A DNA stretch of 22,816 nt, taken from an uncultured Pseudomonadota bacterium (GTDB lineage Bacteria > SAR324 > NAC60-12). Made by a program: the position numbers and the translations under genes. A model generated the notes under the pieces. That model was given only the letters and a program-made list of their open reading frames with translations. It was not told the DNA's origin and did not search any database. Where the stretch lies: NCBI GenBank assembly GCA_913020725.1, contig CAJWCD010000048.1:1-22816 (forward strand), read 5' to 3'. This document shows, in pieces, positions 8,242-15,789 of the stretch (positions are counted from its first letter, which is position 1; every line of letters begins with the position of its first letter).

Positions 8242-8844
8242 TTACTTGCCGTTGTTGGCGAGTTGCATGAATTCTTCCCGCAGCGTGGTATCCTCCAGAA
8301 ACACACCGCGCAGGGTGGAGGTGGTCATCAATCCGGTGTGGTTGACCCCTCGGAGTTCCATGCACATGTGGGAGGCCTTGACCTGCACCGCCACTCCTTG
8401 GGGGTGCAACCCGGTTTGCAGAAAATCGGCGATTTGGTTGGTCAATCGTTCCTGCACTTGGGGACGACGGGCGAAGTGATCCACCACCCGTGAGAGCTTG
8501 GAGAGTCCGCACAACTGCCCATTGGGGACGTAAGCAACTGTGGCCCAGCCAAGGATGGGCAGCAGGTGGTGGGCGCAGATCGATTTGACGGGAATCTGCT
8601 GCAACGCCACCATGCTGGAATCCGCTTCCGATTCAACGGGAAAGGTGGTGAGCCGAAACTGCGGGCCGTTCAGTCCAGCACACAATTCCTTTGCCCACGC
8701 TTCGGCGGCGCGGCGCGGGGTGTCCTGCAAATGGGAGTCGGAGCGATCAAGTCCGAGTCCCTCAATGAGCAGTTCAAAAGCCCGTTCGAGCTGCTCCATG
8801 TTTTGTTCACCCAATGTGGTTTCGCCGCGATGTGAATCAGGCAT
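8242..8844 (-). CDS. folE: GTP cyclohydrolase I
   Basis: Motifs DTPRRAA, SICAHHLLP, GLSKLSR, RRPQVQERLT and HMCMELRG. Start set at ATG 8844, which overlaps the upstream stop (ATGCCTGA). Confidence 0.95.
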   Translation of the reverse strand: MPDSHRGETTLGEQNMEQLERAFELLIEGLGLDRSDSHLQDTPRRAAEAWAKELCAGLNGPQFRLTTFPVESEADSSMVALQQIPVKSICAHHLLPILGWATVAYVPNGQLCGLSKLSRVVDHFARRPQVQERLTNQIADFLQTGLHPQGVAVQVKASHMCMELRGVNHTGLMTTSTLRGVFLEDTTLREEFMQLANNGK

Positions 8845-9292
8845 TGGCCCTTCCGGAAAGTTCGACGGTTGCGGAGTTCTTGTCATTCTCGTACATCGTC
8901 ACTCGGTAAACCCAGGCGCGTCCGTTGGATTCCCGGCGCACCAACTCATTAGCGTAATCCAGAAAATAGCGGGCCATGCCTTCCGCCCCGCAGTTTTTCA
9001 CGATCCGGAGTTTGCAGAGGCCCAATTCATTCATCTGGCGGAAAAGATCGAGGTGTGGGTCTGCTTCGTTGATCAGCAGGGTGTGGTCGCACATGTACTC
9101 CAGATGCTCGTACAAATCCTTCAGGTTGCCAAAATCAAAGACAAACCCGTTTTCGTCCAACTCGTGGGCCGCGCAGTGAAACTCAAAGCTGCGGGAGTAG
9201 CCATGAATCTTCGAGCAGTCCCCCCGGTGGTTGTGCTGGCGATGGGCGCACGGCAGGTTGTAGTAGCGCTTAGCGCAGGTGTAAGTCATCAT
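8837..9292 (-). CDS. queD: 6-pyruvoyl-tetrahydropterin synthase / 6-carboxytetrahydropterin synthase (QueD/PTPS family)
   Basis: Motifs AHRQ...CSKIHGYS, GFVFDFG, DHTLL, GAEGMA and VTMYENDKNSA. ATG at 9292 is preceded by GAGGAG. Confidence 0.88.
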   Translation of the reverse strand: MMTYTCAKRYYNLPCAHRQHNHRGDCSKIHGYSRSFEFHCAAHELDENGFVFDFGNLKDLYEHLEYMCDHTLLINEADPHLDLFRQMNELGLCKLRIVKNCGAEGMARYFLDYANELVRRESNGRAWVYRVTMYENDKNSATVELSGRANA

Positions 9293-9413
9293 CGGTGTCT
9301 CCTCTGAACCACATTCAAGCGTTTCATGGTGGCACGGAACCCCACGAGAGTCCAGACATGAGGTTAGTTGTAAAACAATGTTAGGAGGTTGGAAGCATGA
9401 AATGTTCTTCCAG

Positions 9414-9442
9414 TTGACAAACACCAAGTGGTTGGGCAGAAT
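9414..9442 (+). promoter_or_regulatory. Candidate sigma70 promoter for mobA
   Basis: Perfect TTGACA (9414-9419), a 17-nt spacer, then CAGAAT (9437-9442), about 67 nt upstream of the mobA ATG. Confidence 0.55.
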
Positions 9443-9509
9443 AGAGCTTTTTGTGAGATCAACCTGAGAAACTCGAAGGATCCTTGAGCACCGACCACGA
9501 AGGAAACGC

Positions 9510-10127
9510 ATGACGCCCAGCGGGCCACCTCCTTCACTGCGGGCCGCTGTGCTGGTCGGTGGCGGTTCCATCCGGATGGGGCGTCCCAAAGCGTGGCTGG
9601 ATCATGGACATGGCCCCCATGCGCTCCATCTCGTCCGCTTGCTGCAAGCACTTCCGGAGGTTCAGGAGGTGGTGCTGTCTGGCCCCCTACCCTCCAACGC
9701 ACCCGCAGGCATTTCCGAAATTCCACACTGCCCGGATCAAGTGTCTGGAATCGGCCCGGTGGGCGCATTGCTCGGACTCTTCGCCCAGCATCCAGATGTG
9801 GCGTGGCTGGTGGTTGGTTGCGATTTGGTGTTGCTGGAAGCCGACTTGTTGGCATGGCTCTGCCGGGAGCGCAGTCCCCAGCATCCGGCAACCGTCCCGA
9901 TTTCCCCGGACGGACGGCACGAAACGGTACTCGCCATCTACGAACCGTCCCTGCGCCCGCTACTGGAGCAAATGTGGCACGAGGGCCGAAAATCGCTCCA
10001 GCGCCAGTTTCCGCACTGGCCCATCCACGCCCCCAAGGTTCCTGACGTGTTTGCCGGACAACTCGTGAACGTGAACACTCCCGAAGAACTCAGCCAAGTG
10101 CAACCGCAACCCTCCTCTACACCTTAA
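9510..10127 (+). CDS. mobA: Molybdenum cofactor guanylyltransferase
   Basis: Motifs VLVGGGSIRMGRPKAWL, GIGPVGAL, WLVVGCDL, ETVLAIY and NVNTPEEL. Confidence 0.92.
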   Translation: MTPSGPPPSLRAAVLVGGGSIRMGRPKAWLDHGHGPHALHLVRLLQALPEVQEVVLSGPLPSNAPAGISEIPHCPDQVSGIGPVGALLGLFAQHPDVAWLVVGCDLVLLEADLLAWLCRERSPQHPATVPISPDGRHETVLAIYEPSLRPLLEQMWHEGRKSLQRQFPHWPIHAPKVPDVFAGQLVNVNTPEELSQVQPQPSSTP

Positions 10128-10131
10128 TCCT

Positions 10132-10380
10132 ATGTCCGGAAAGCTTCTGCTCTTTTGGGCGGTCTCACTGATGTGGCTGATCCTCGATTTTTTCATGTCC
10201 CTGGAATACAACCCGGATCAGGACAACCGCATCAACTTCATCACTGGCTTTGACGCCGTTTACTATTTGCTCACCGGAGTCTTGCCGGTGGCGCTGGGAG
10301 TTTTGATAGTTTGGAAAACGGGGCAGCGTTCACGTTCCCGCGAGGCTCAGGAAGCTGTGGCGGAGAATCTGGAAGGATAG
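10132..10380 (+). CDS. Small two-TM membrane protein, unknown function
   Basis: 82 aa with two clear hydrophobic helices; starts 4 nt after the mobA stop. Confidence 0.7.
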   Translation: MSGKLLLFWAVSLMWLILDFFMSLEYNPDQDNRINFITGFDAVYYLLTGVLPVALGVLIVWKTGQRSRSREAQEAVAENLEG

Positions 10381-10859
10381 TGTCCATAATGCTGCTGTAC
10401 GCAGCTAACGATGGTGTTCTGGATGCGCGGATCGCTTTGCAACGCGGCGATGATGCGTTCGAGGTTGTGGTACTCGAGGTGCTTGCAGAAGATGGAGAGG
10501 TAGAGGCGGTTGATACGCTGTTGCGGGTCCGGGCTGTCGCTGGATTCGACCTCGACAATGCGGCGGGCAAGGAAGAAGATCAGCCAAGGTTGATCCTCGA
10601 CCTTCTGCCGGAACGCCCCGAAAATCTCCTTGTTGAAGACCTCGATGAGCGCGGTGGAGAACTCTTCGCCCAGCGTTTCCGGATCAATGCCGTAGTAGAG
10701 GCCGACCCGATACTTGAGGTGTTCGAGCATCCGCCCCTGCAACATGTTCACCAGCAGATGCCCAACTGGGCAGGTACAGCCCACCTCTTCCGGAGGCGTG
10801 TCCTCCAAGCTGGATAAGCATTGCGCCATCGCCCGGGTGTACGGGCTGAGGTCTGGCAT
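10347..10859 (-). CDS. Hypothetical soluble protein (170 aa)
   Basis: Natural amino acid composition, helical-looking, ATG start with a non-coding upstream gap. No family recognised. Confidence 0.7.
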   Translation of the reverse strand: MPDLSPYTRAMAQCLSSLEDTPPEEVGCTCPVGHLLVNMLQGRMLEHLKYRVGLYYGIDPETLGEEFSTALIEVFNKEIFGAFRQKVEDQPWLIFFLARRIVEVESSDSPDPQQRINRLYLSIFCKHLEYHNLERIIAALQSDPRIQNTIVSCVQQHYGHYPSRFSATAS

Positions 10860-11037
10860 GTGTGACTCTGTCAGGCAACAGGAATCAAAGTCCGCTGCCT
10901 AGCACTGTCGAAAGAGGTTGATGAAATCCGGATCAGGAATGGTCCCGCCGATAGATTCACTCTACTGAAGGGCATTGGGCACACGCAAGCCCCCAAAATG
11001 TTTTTTTGCATTTTCTTCTCGTCTTCCAAACCAAGCA

Positions 11038-11850
11038 TCAAGTGTGCCCGGAAGTTTCTCCCAACGACTGGAACCGACGCTGCGCCGCCGTGATCGCCAA
11101 CCGTTCTTCTGGAGTCCACGGTTGCGCCCAAAAACTCACGCCCATGCTCTCGGCAATGGCGTCCTTGAGGAGAGCATGCAATTCCGGAAGATCGTGCCGC
11201 TCCAGCACCCCCAGGCGCTCCAGGGAGTGCATCTGCTGTTGGAGGGTTTGCACGGTGGTGTGGGGAAAAAGCGCGGCGAGCGTTTTGGAGGGATCGGCCA
11301 GTGGAATGGAGCCGTGCTGGAGAAAGACCCGCTCGTTGGAGTCATCTTTGTTCCGGACGGTTCGCACACGCTGGGCGCTGCCGATGAGCTTGCGGCCCTC
11401 CGCCAAAATCTCGTAGGCGCTGGGATCGGCGAAGCAAACGTGGGTCTCCGTTGATTTTCGGGAGTTTGCCTGCAATTCGGGGCGCAGTCCCAGTTTCTCG
11501 AAAAACCGGAAAAACCCCTGTGCCAGAAAGCGGTAGTTGTCCAGCACTCCGCCTGCAAATTCCGGGGCCAGCACTCCGCCCACGACCGCATAGGTCAAGT
11601 CCGAGCCGTGCAGCACCGCCTTACCTCCGGTGCTGCGGCGGACGATGGGAATGCCCAACTCCGCACAGCGCTGCGGAGCGAGTTCGGAATCAAGTCGTTC
11701 GTTGCGTCCAATGGAAAGGGTGGAGCGCTCCCAAGCGTAGAGGCGGAGAATCGGAGAATCTCCGGGACAGAAGCGTTCCAGCAACACCTGATCCGCCGCC
11801 ATGTTGAACACTCCGGACTGCGGCGCGTCTTCAATCAACCGCCAGCGCAC
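11038..11850 (-). CDS. Lipoate-protein ligase A family protein (LipM/octanoyltransferase-like)
   Basis: Motifs NMAADQVLL, LRLYAW, VRRSTGGKAVLH, VCF, GRKLIGSAQ and LQHGSI; no C-terminal LplA accessory domain. GTG start. Confidence 0.88.
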   Translation of the reverse strand: MRWRLIEDAPQSGVFNMAADQVLLERFCPGDSPILRLYAWERSTLSIGRNERLDSELAPQRCAELGIPIVRRSTGGKAVLHGSDLTYAVVGGVLAPEFAGGVLDNYRFLAQGFFRFFEKLGLRPELQANSRKSTETHVCFADPSAYEILAEGRKLIGSAQRVRTVRNKDDSNERVFLQHGSIPLADPSKTLAALFPHTTVQTLQQQMHSLERLGVLERHDLPELHALLKDAIAESMGVSFWAQPWTPEERLAITAAQRRFQSLGETSGHT

Positions 11851-11858
11851 AGGGTCGC

Positions 11859-12191
11859 TCAGGATTTGGGAGGTAAGAAGTTGCCGAGGTCCATGTTTCC
11901 CGTGAACTCCCCGAATTGCTTGCCCATGAATTCCTGCGCCCGTTTTCGGCTTAAGCGGATGCCCTCGTTGACCGCCGAGCGGATCAAGTCCTGCAACGTC
12001 TCCACATCCTCTGGGTCAACCACCTCCGGATCAATCTCCACCGCAAGCAGTTCTTGGTTGCCGTTGAAGGTCATCTTCACCATCTCGCCCCCCACAGAAA
12101 CCGAGAAGGTTTCCTTCGCAAGCTCGGTCTGCTGGCCCTGCATGTTTTGCGAAATTTGCTGGGCTTTCTTCATCAATTCATTGAAATCCAT
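11859..12191 (-). CDS. ybaB: Nucleoid-associated protein YbaB/EbfC
   Basis: Motifs MKKAQQ, GGEMVKMTFNG and IDPEVVDPEDVETLQDLIRSAVNE; directly downstream of dnaX. Confidence 0.95.
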   Translation of the reverse strand: MDFNELMKKAQQISQNMQGQQTELAKETFSVSVGGEMVKMTFNGNQELLAVEIDPEVVDPEDVETLQDLIRSAVNEGIRLSRKRAQEFMGKQFGEFTGNMDLGNFLPPKS

Positions 12192-12238
12192 GTCGTTCTC
12201 TCAATTTGGGTTGGAAGTTCAAAACGGCAGACCCGCAC

Positions 12239-14137
12239 TCAATGCAGTCGAATCTCCGTGATCTCGCTGCCGGGAAAGGTTGCGAGGATGTTCTGGATCA
12301 GCGGGTGTTCCCGAGCTGCTTGGCGGCGACGTTCGCGTTCCTGCTGCTCGACAAATTCCTCTTGTTCCAGCACCGTCCGGAACAGAGAAACCTGCGGTTC
12401 CTGAAGGCAGTGGACCCCCACCTCACGGCCTAGAAATTTTTTCAGCAGACGTGCCAATTCGCTCATGTTCTCTGCCGTGAGCATTTGCACAAAACCGACA
12501 TTCCGAAAACCCAACCGCAACTCCTGGCCCCCAAGCTCATCCGGAATCGCGTTGCGCACCAACCCTGCGAGCTTGGGAGCATGCTGCCGCAAAGACTGGA
12601 CAAACTGCACCCAGCGTTCGGAAGGCGGTTGTCGCTCCATCGTCCCGGCCAGTTCCACCGGATTTTCGGGAACGCTCAGACTTGGTGCCAGTTCCGCAAC
12701 CACCTCCGGTTCCGGAGCATGGCCATTGAGGTGAGCCGCAGAGAGTTCCGGTGCAGACGACGGTGGTGCCTTCGCCATGCTGGGCGGCTCCGGTTTTGGA
12801 GATTCCATCTTCGTCATACCGGGAGTTTCCGGCGGCTTGACGGGTGCGGATTCGGCTGGCTTGCGTTCCTCTTGCTTGAGCATCGAGGTGATGCGTCCGG
12901 CCTTGCGGTGATAGGGGGGGGCAGGGCCAGTCCCTCCGGAAGACGAAGAACCTCCGGTGTTTCCGGAAGGCGGCGAAGGTGGTGCGGCAACCTCACCTGT
13001 CGGCAAGCCCCGCAATTGCTCCAGCAACTCTGGAATGCCGACGAGCGGCACCACCGAAGTGAGTTGCAGAATCGCCATCTCGAAGCAGATGCGGACGTGC
13101 GTGCTGCGTTTGAGGCGTTCTTCCAGTTCCAGCAGTACTTGAAACATCTGCTGCAATTCATCCGGACTCACCTGTTTCCCCAGTGCTGCAAAGGTCTCCA
13201 ACTCGTCGTTCGAGTACTCCTGAAAGAGCTCCCGGTCTGGCCCCAAAGTCTGGATGAGTGCGCAGGTTTTGACCGATTCCAGCAGGTTCTGGAGCAGGGT
13301 TTGGGTATCGTGTCCGCTATCGTGGAGTTCCTGAAAACACCGCATAGCGGCAGGAGCGTCCTTGGCGGTCAACGCCTCCAGCAGTCGCATCCGGGAATGT
13401 GAATCCAGCACCCCCAGCAACTGCGCAGTTTCCTCATCTGACGCTTCCTCGCCGAGGCTGCTCAGTACTTGGTCAATCGCCGTAAGCGCGTCTCTCATGC
13501 CGCCCACGGAATTTCGTGCAATCAGCTCTAGGGCACTTTCCGGCAGTGTGATGCCTTCCTGCGACACCACTTGGCGGAGGTAGTCCACCATCGTGCGCAC
13601 CGGAATGCGCAAGAAATCATAACGCTGGCAGCGCGAGAGGATCGTCTGTGGAACCTTGTGCGGATCGGTGGTGGCAAGGATGAACTTGACGTGCGGCGGT
13701 GGCTCCTCCAGCGTCTTCAAAAGCGCGTTGAACGACTCCAGCGTGAGCATGTGCGCCTCGTCAATGATATAGACCTTGAAGCGACAGCGGGCCGGAGCAT
13801 AGTTGACGTTCTCGCGCAGTTCCCGAATGTTCTCAATGCCTCGGTTCGAGGCCGCGTCAATCTCGTAAACATCCGGAGCTGCGCCGCTTTCGATCTCCCG
13901 ACAGTTCTCGCAGCTACCGCAGGGATCGGCGTCTTGAGGCGTCAGGCAGTTGAGGGCGCGGGTGAGAATGCGGGCGGCGCTGGTCTTGCCCGTCCCCCGC
14001 GACCCCGTGAACAAAAACGCATGGGCCACACGGTCCTGCCGAATCGCGTTTTGGAGAATCCGGGTGCTGATCTCCTGACCAATCAAGTCAGAAAAACGTT
14101 GGGGGCGAAGCTTGCGCGCCAGTACGATATAGGCCAT
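12239..14137 (-). CDS. dnaX: DNA polymerase III subunit gamma/tau
   Basis: LARKLRPQRF, Walker A GSRGTGKTS, Zn motif PCGSCENC, EIDAASNRG, IIDEAHML, LLKTLEEPP and SRCQ, then a Pro-rich linker and C-terminal domain. Confidence 0.98.
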   Translation of the reverse strand: MAYIVLARKLRPQRFSDLIGQEISTRILQNAIRQDRVAHAFLFTGSRGTGKTSAARILTRALNCLTPQDADPCGSCENCREIESGAAPDVYEIDAASNRGIENIRELRENVNYAPARCRFKVYIIDEAHMLTLESFNALLKTLEEPPPHVKFILATTDPHKVPQTILSRCQRYDFLRIPVRTMVDYLRQVVSQEGITLPESALELIARNSVGGMRDALTAIDQVLSSLGEEASDEETAQLLGVLDSHSRMRLLEALTAKDAPAAMRCFQELHDSGHDTQTLLQNLLESVKTCALIQTLGPDRELFQEYSNDELETFAALGKQVSPDELQQMFQVLLELEERLKRSTHVRICFEMAILQLTSVVPLVGIPELLEQLRGLPTGEVAAPPSPPSGNTGGSSSSGGTGPAPPYHRKAGRITSMLKQEERKPAESAPVKPPETPGMTKMESPKPEPPSMAKAPPSSAPELSAAHLNGHAPEPEVVAELAPSLSVPENPVELAGTMERQPPSERWVQFVQSLRQHAPKLAGLVRNAIPDELGGQELRLGFRNVGFVQMLTAENMSELARLLKKFLGREVGVHCLQEPQVSLFRTVLEQEEFVEQQERERRRQAAREHPLIQNILATFPGSEITEIRLH

Positions 14138-14169
14138 CTGGCCGAAGTTCAGGGAAGGGGTTTATGGAT

Positions 14170-14261
14170 GACCGGGGTGACGCGGCACATCTAGGAAATC
14201 TTAGTGCTGCTTCCGCTAGGATCTGACACGATTCGAAATCGTCGATTGCGCGGCCCCGGCC
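14170..14261 (-). ncRNA. ffs: Signal recognition particle RNA (small 4.5S type) with UAGC tetraloop
   Basis: The minus strand reads GGCCGGGG...GTGTCAGATCC-TAGC-GGAAGCAGCACTAAG...CCCCGGTC. This gives a terminal stem plus the helix-8 motif, in the usual position upstream of dnaX. Confidence 0.92.
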
Positions 14262-14267
14262 TTGTAC

Positions 14268-14296
14268 AGGGTGCCCACGATTCGGGGCGATGTCAA
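14268..14296 (-). promoter_or_regulatory. Candidate sigma70 promoter for ffs-dnaX
   Basis: TTGACA (14296-14291), a 17-nt spacer, then CACCCT (14273-14268). The predicted +1 near 14261 coincides with the 5' end of the SRP stem. Confidence 0.6.
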
Positions 14297-14468
14297 GCGC
14301 TAAGGCCGCGACTTGCATCCTCCGGTTCCCTTGGGTCGTCGCTGAGGGTAAGCGCGAACTCAGTCTCCTGCGTTTTCCGGAGGGCGGCTTCGTCGGCGTA
14401 GGAGAGCTGAGGGCGGCATTCGGATCGGTGTCTGCGGTGATCACCGGGACCGAATCGCCCTGCTTATA
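14293..14468 (-). pseudogene. Possible frameshifted fragment of a phosphoribosyl-AMP cyclohydrolase (HisI)-like N-terminus
   Basis: YKQGDSVPVITADTDPNAAL in one frame joins QLSYADEAALRKTQETEFALTLS in another via one missing base at about 14410. This resembles the HisI pattern xVPxxxxDxxxxxxLxLxYxxxxALxKTxETxxA. The catalytic DCD/C-H portion is absent. Confidence 0.4.
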
Positions 14469-14545
14469 ACCCCTCCGGAATCGGCAGGCCACCGTAGATG
14501 ACTTCGACGGCGAAGGCCACCTCCAGCGAGGGAAGTTGCACGGTA

Positions 14546-15514
14546 TCACTGGATTCGTAATCCCGGATAGCTTGCTGCAAAAACGGCGAGAAAACGATCG
14601 ACCTCTGCATCCGGAAGTGCGTTGATTCCAGCGGCGCCCGCCCGCCCGCCTCCGTCGAATTTTCGGCAAAGCGCATCCGCACCTTGCGGGCGTTCCAGTG
14701 GGGCGCGCACGCTGACCACCAAAGTGCCGTGTCCGGTGTCCACCAGCACGGCGTGGGCCAACTCCGGATGTTCCCGCGCCATGCGGTTGCTGAACACGCC
14801 CACCACCCGCCGACACCACGGTTCACAAGGCAAGCGGAACACACGACCACCTAGGCTTTCTGACTCCGGTTGCAAGGTTTCCGTCTGCGCCTGATCAGCA
14901 CGATACCCTTCACGGAGTTTTGGAAGTGCCTCGGATTCGTGAATGAAACTCCACGGAGATTCGTGCGGTTGCATGTGCCGGAAGAGTTGATCCGGCGGAA
15001 AGTGCAAATCGGCAACGGTCTCGCCATAGCCGTTGTAATTGAGCAACTCGCCGAGTTCCCGGAGTTGGGTTTGCTGTTCGGCAGCAAGCCCGGCTTGCTC
15101 GGCAAGGCGTTGTGCAGCACGGTACAGGTTGTCTCCAAACGCAGCGGTGAGCGCCCATTCCCGGAATTTCCCTGCAAGTTCCTGATTCACCAAAAGACTG
15201 GTGCAAACTTCCGGACTCGTGTGGATGGTGGCGTGGAGCAAGGGTGAATCGGGAATTTCTCCAGAAAAATGGTGATCAAACCAGCGGATGTGATTGCCTT
15301 GCTCCAGCAATTGCTGGAGGGCATCGCGGTTGCTGTCGAGCGAAATGTCGAGAACGGTGATCTCGCAATCACATCGTTCCCGGATGCGCTCCAGCAGCTG
15401 AATATCACGCTTCACTCCGGTGACGAGTTCCGATTCCGCAGGTTCCGCAAGCCGGAGCTGGTGCAGGGCGCACAGTCCATCGGCATCACCGTTGAAGCAG
15501 TCGATTGGATTCAT
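14546..15514 (-). CDS. DHH/DHHA1-family phosphoesterase
   Basis: Motifs FNGDADG, VLDIS, WFDHH, CTSLLV, AFGD, VSVRAP and GGGRAGAAGI. Confidence 0.88.
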   Translation of the reverse strand: MNPIDCFNGDADGLCALHQLRLAEPAESELVTGVKRDIQLLERIRERCDCEITVLDISLDSNRDALQQLLEQGNHIRWFDHHFSGEIPDSPLLHATIHTSPEVCTSLLVNQELAGKFREWALTAAFGDNLYRAAQRLAEQAGLAAEQQTQLRELGELLNYNGYGETVADLHFPPDQLFRHMQPHESPWSFIHESEALPKLREGYRADQAQTETLQPESESLGGRVFRLPCEPWCRRVVGVFSNRMAREHPELAHAVLVDTGHGTLVVSVRAPLERPQGADALCRKFDGGGRAGAAGINALPDAEVDRFLAVFAASYPGLRIQ

Positions 15515-15552
15515 GTGAAAACCACCGGAGTCAACGGCGGAAAGGATGAGCG

Positions 15553-15723
15553 TCAGTTGGTGATCAACACCACTTGCAGAACGAAAAACACCACGAAGAG
15601 CACCACCCCGCTGATTATCAGCGTGGGAACATCAAGGTCAAAGCCGTTCTTGGAAAACTTGGAAGATTTCTGAGAGTCAATGCGTCGTCTGGATTCGGCA
15701 GGTTTTGGTTTAGGAAGCGTCAT
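15553..15723 (-). CDS. Small protein with a single C-terminal TM helix
   Basis: 56 aa from ATG 15723 (alternatively TTG 15771); basic N-terminus then LIISGVVLFVVFFVLQVVLI; lies co-directionally between aroC and the DHH gene. Confidence 0.55.
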   Translation of the reverse strand: MTLPKPKPAESRRRIDSQKSSKFSKNGFDLDVPTLIISGVVLFVVFFVLQVVLITN

Positions 15724-15789
15724 GGGTTGGGTCGAAGCAACAGTTAAAGCCACTTCAAGTTCATCATGCAAAGGACAGACCCGATTTGC

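Noticed and set aside
9293..9509. preQ1 or Moco riboswitch in the queD/mobA intergenic region
   Set aside because: I could not match the consensus elements of either by eye. An Infernal scan would settle it.
12239..14137. Programmed -1 frameshift producing the gamma subunit from dnaX
   Set aside because: No A AAA AAG or long A-run was seen in the linker. The only A6 run noticed (near 12437-12442) is close to the C-terminus.
14300..14480. tRNA-Ser, or the Alu domain of a large SRP RNA, upstream of ffs
   Set aside because: There is no T-loop GTTCGA motif or cloverleaf, and a promoter sits immediately 5' of the small SRP stem.
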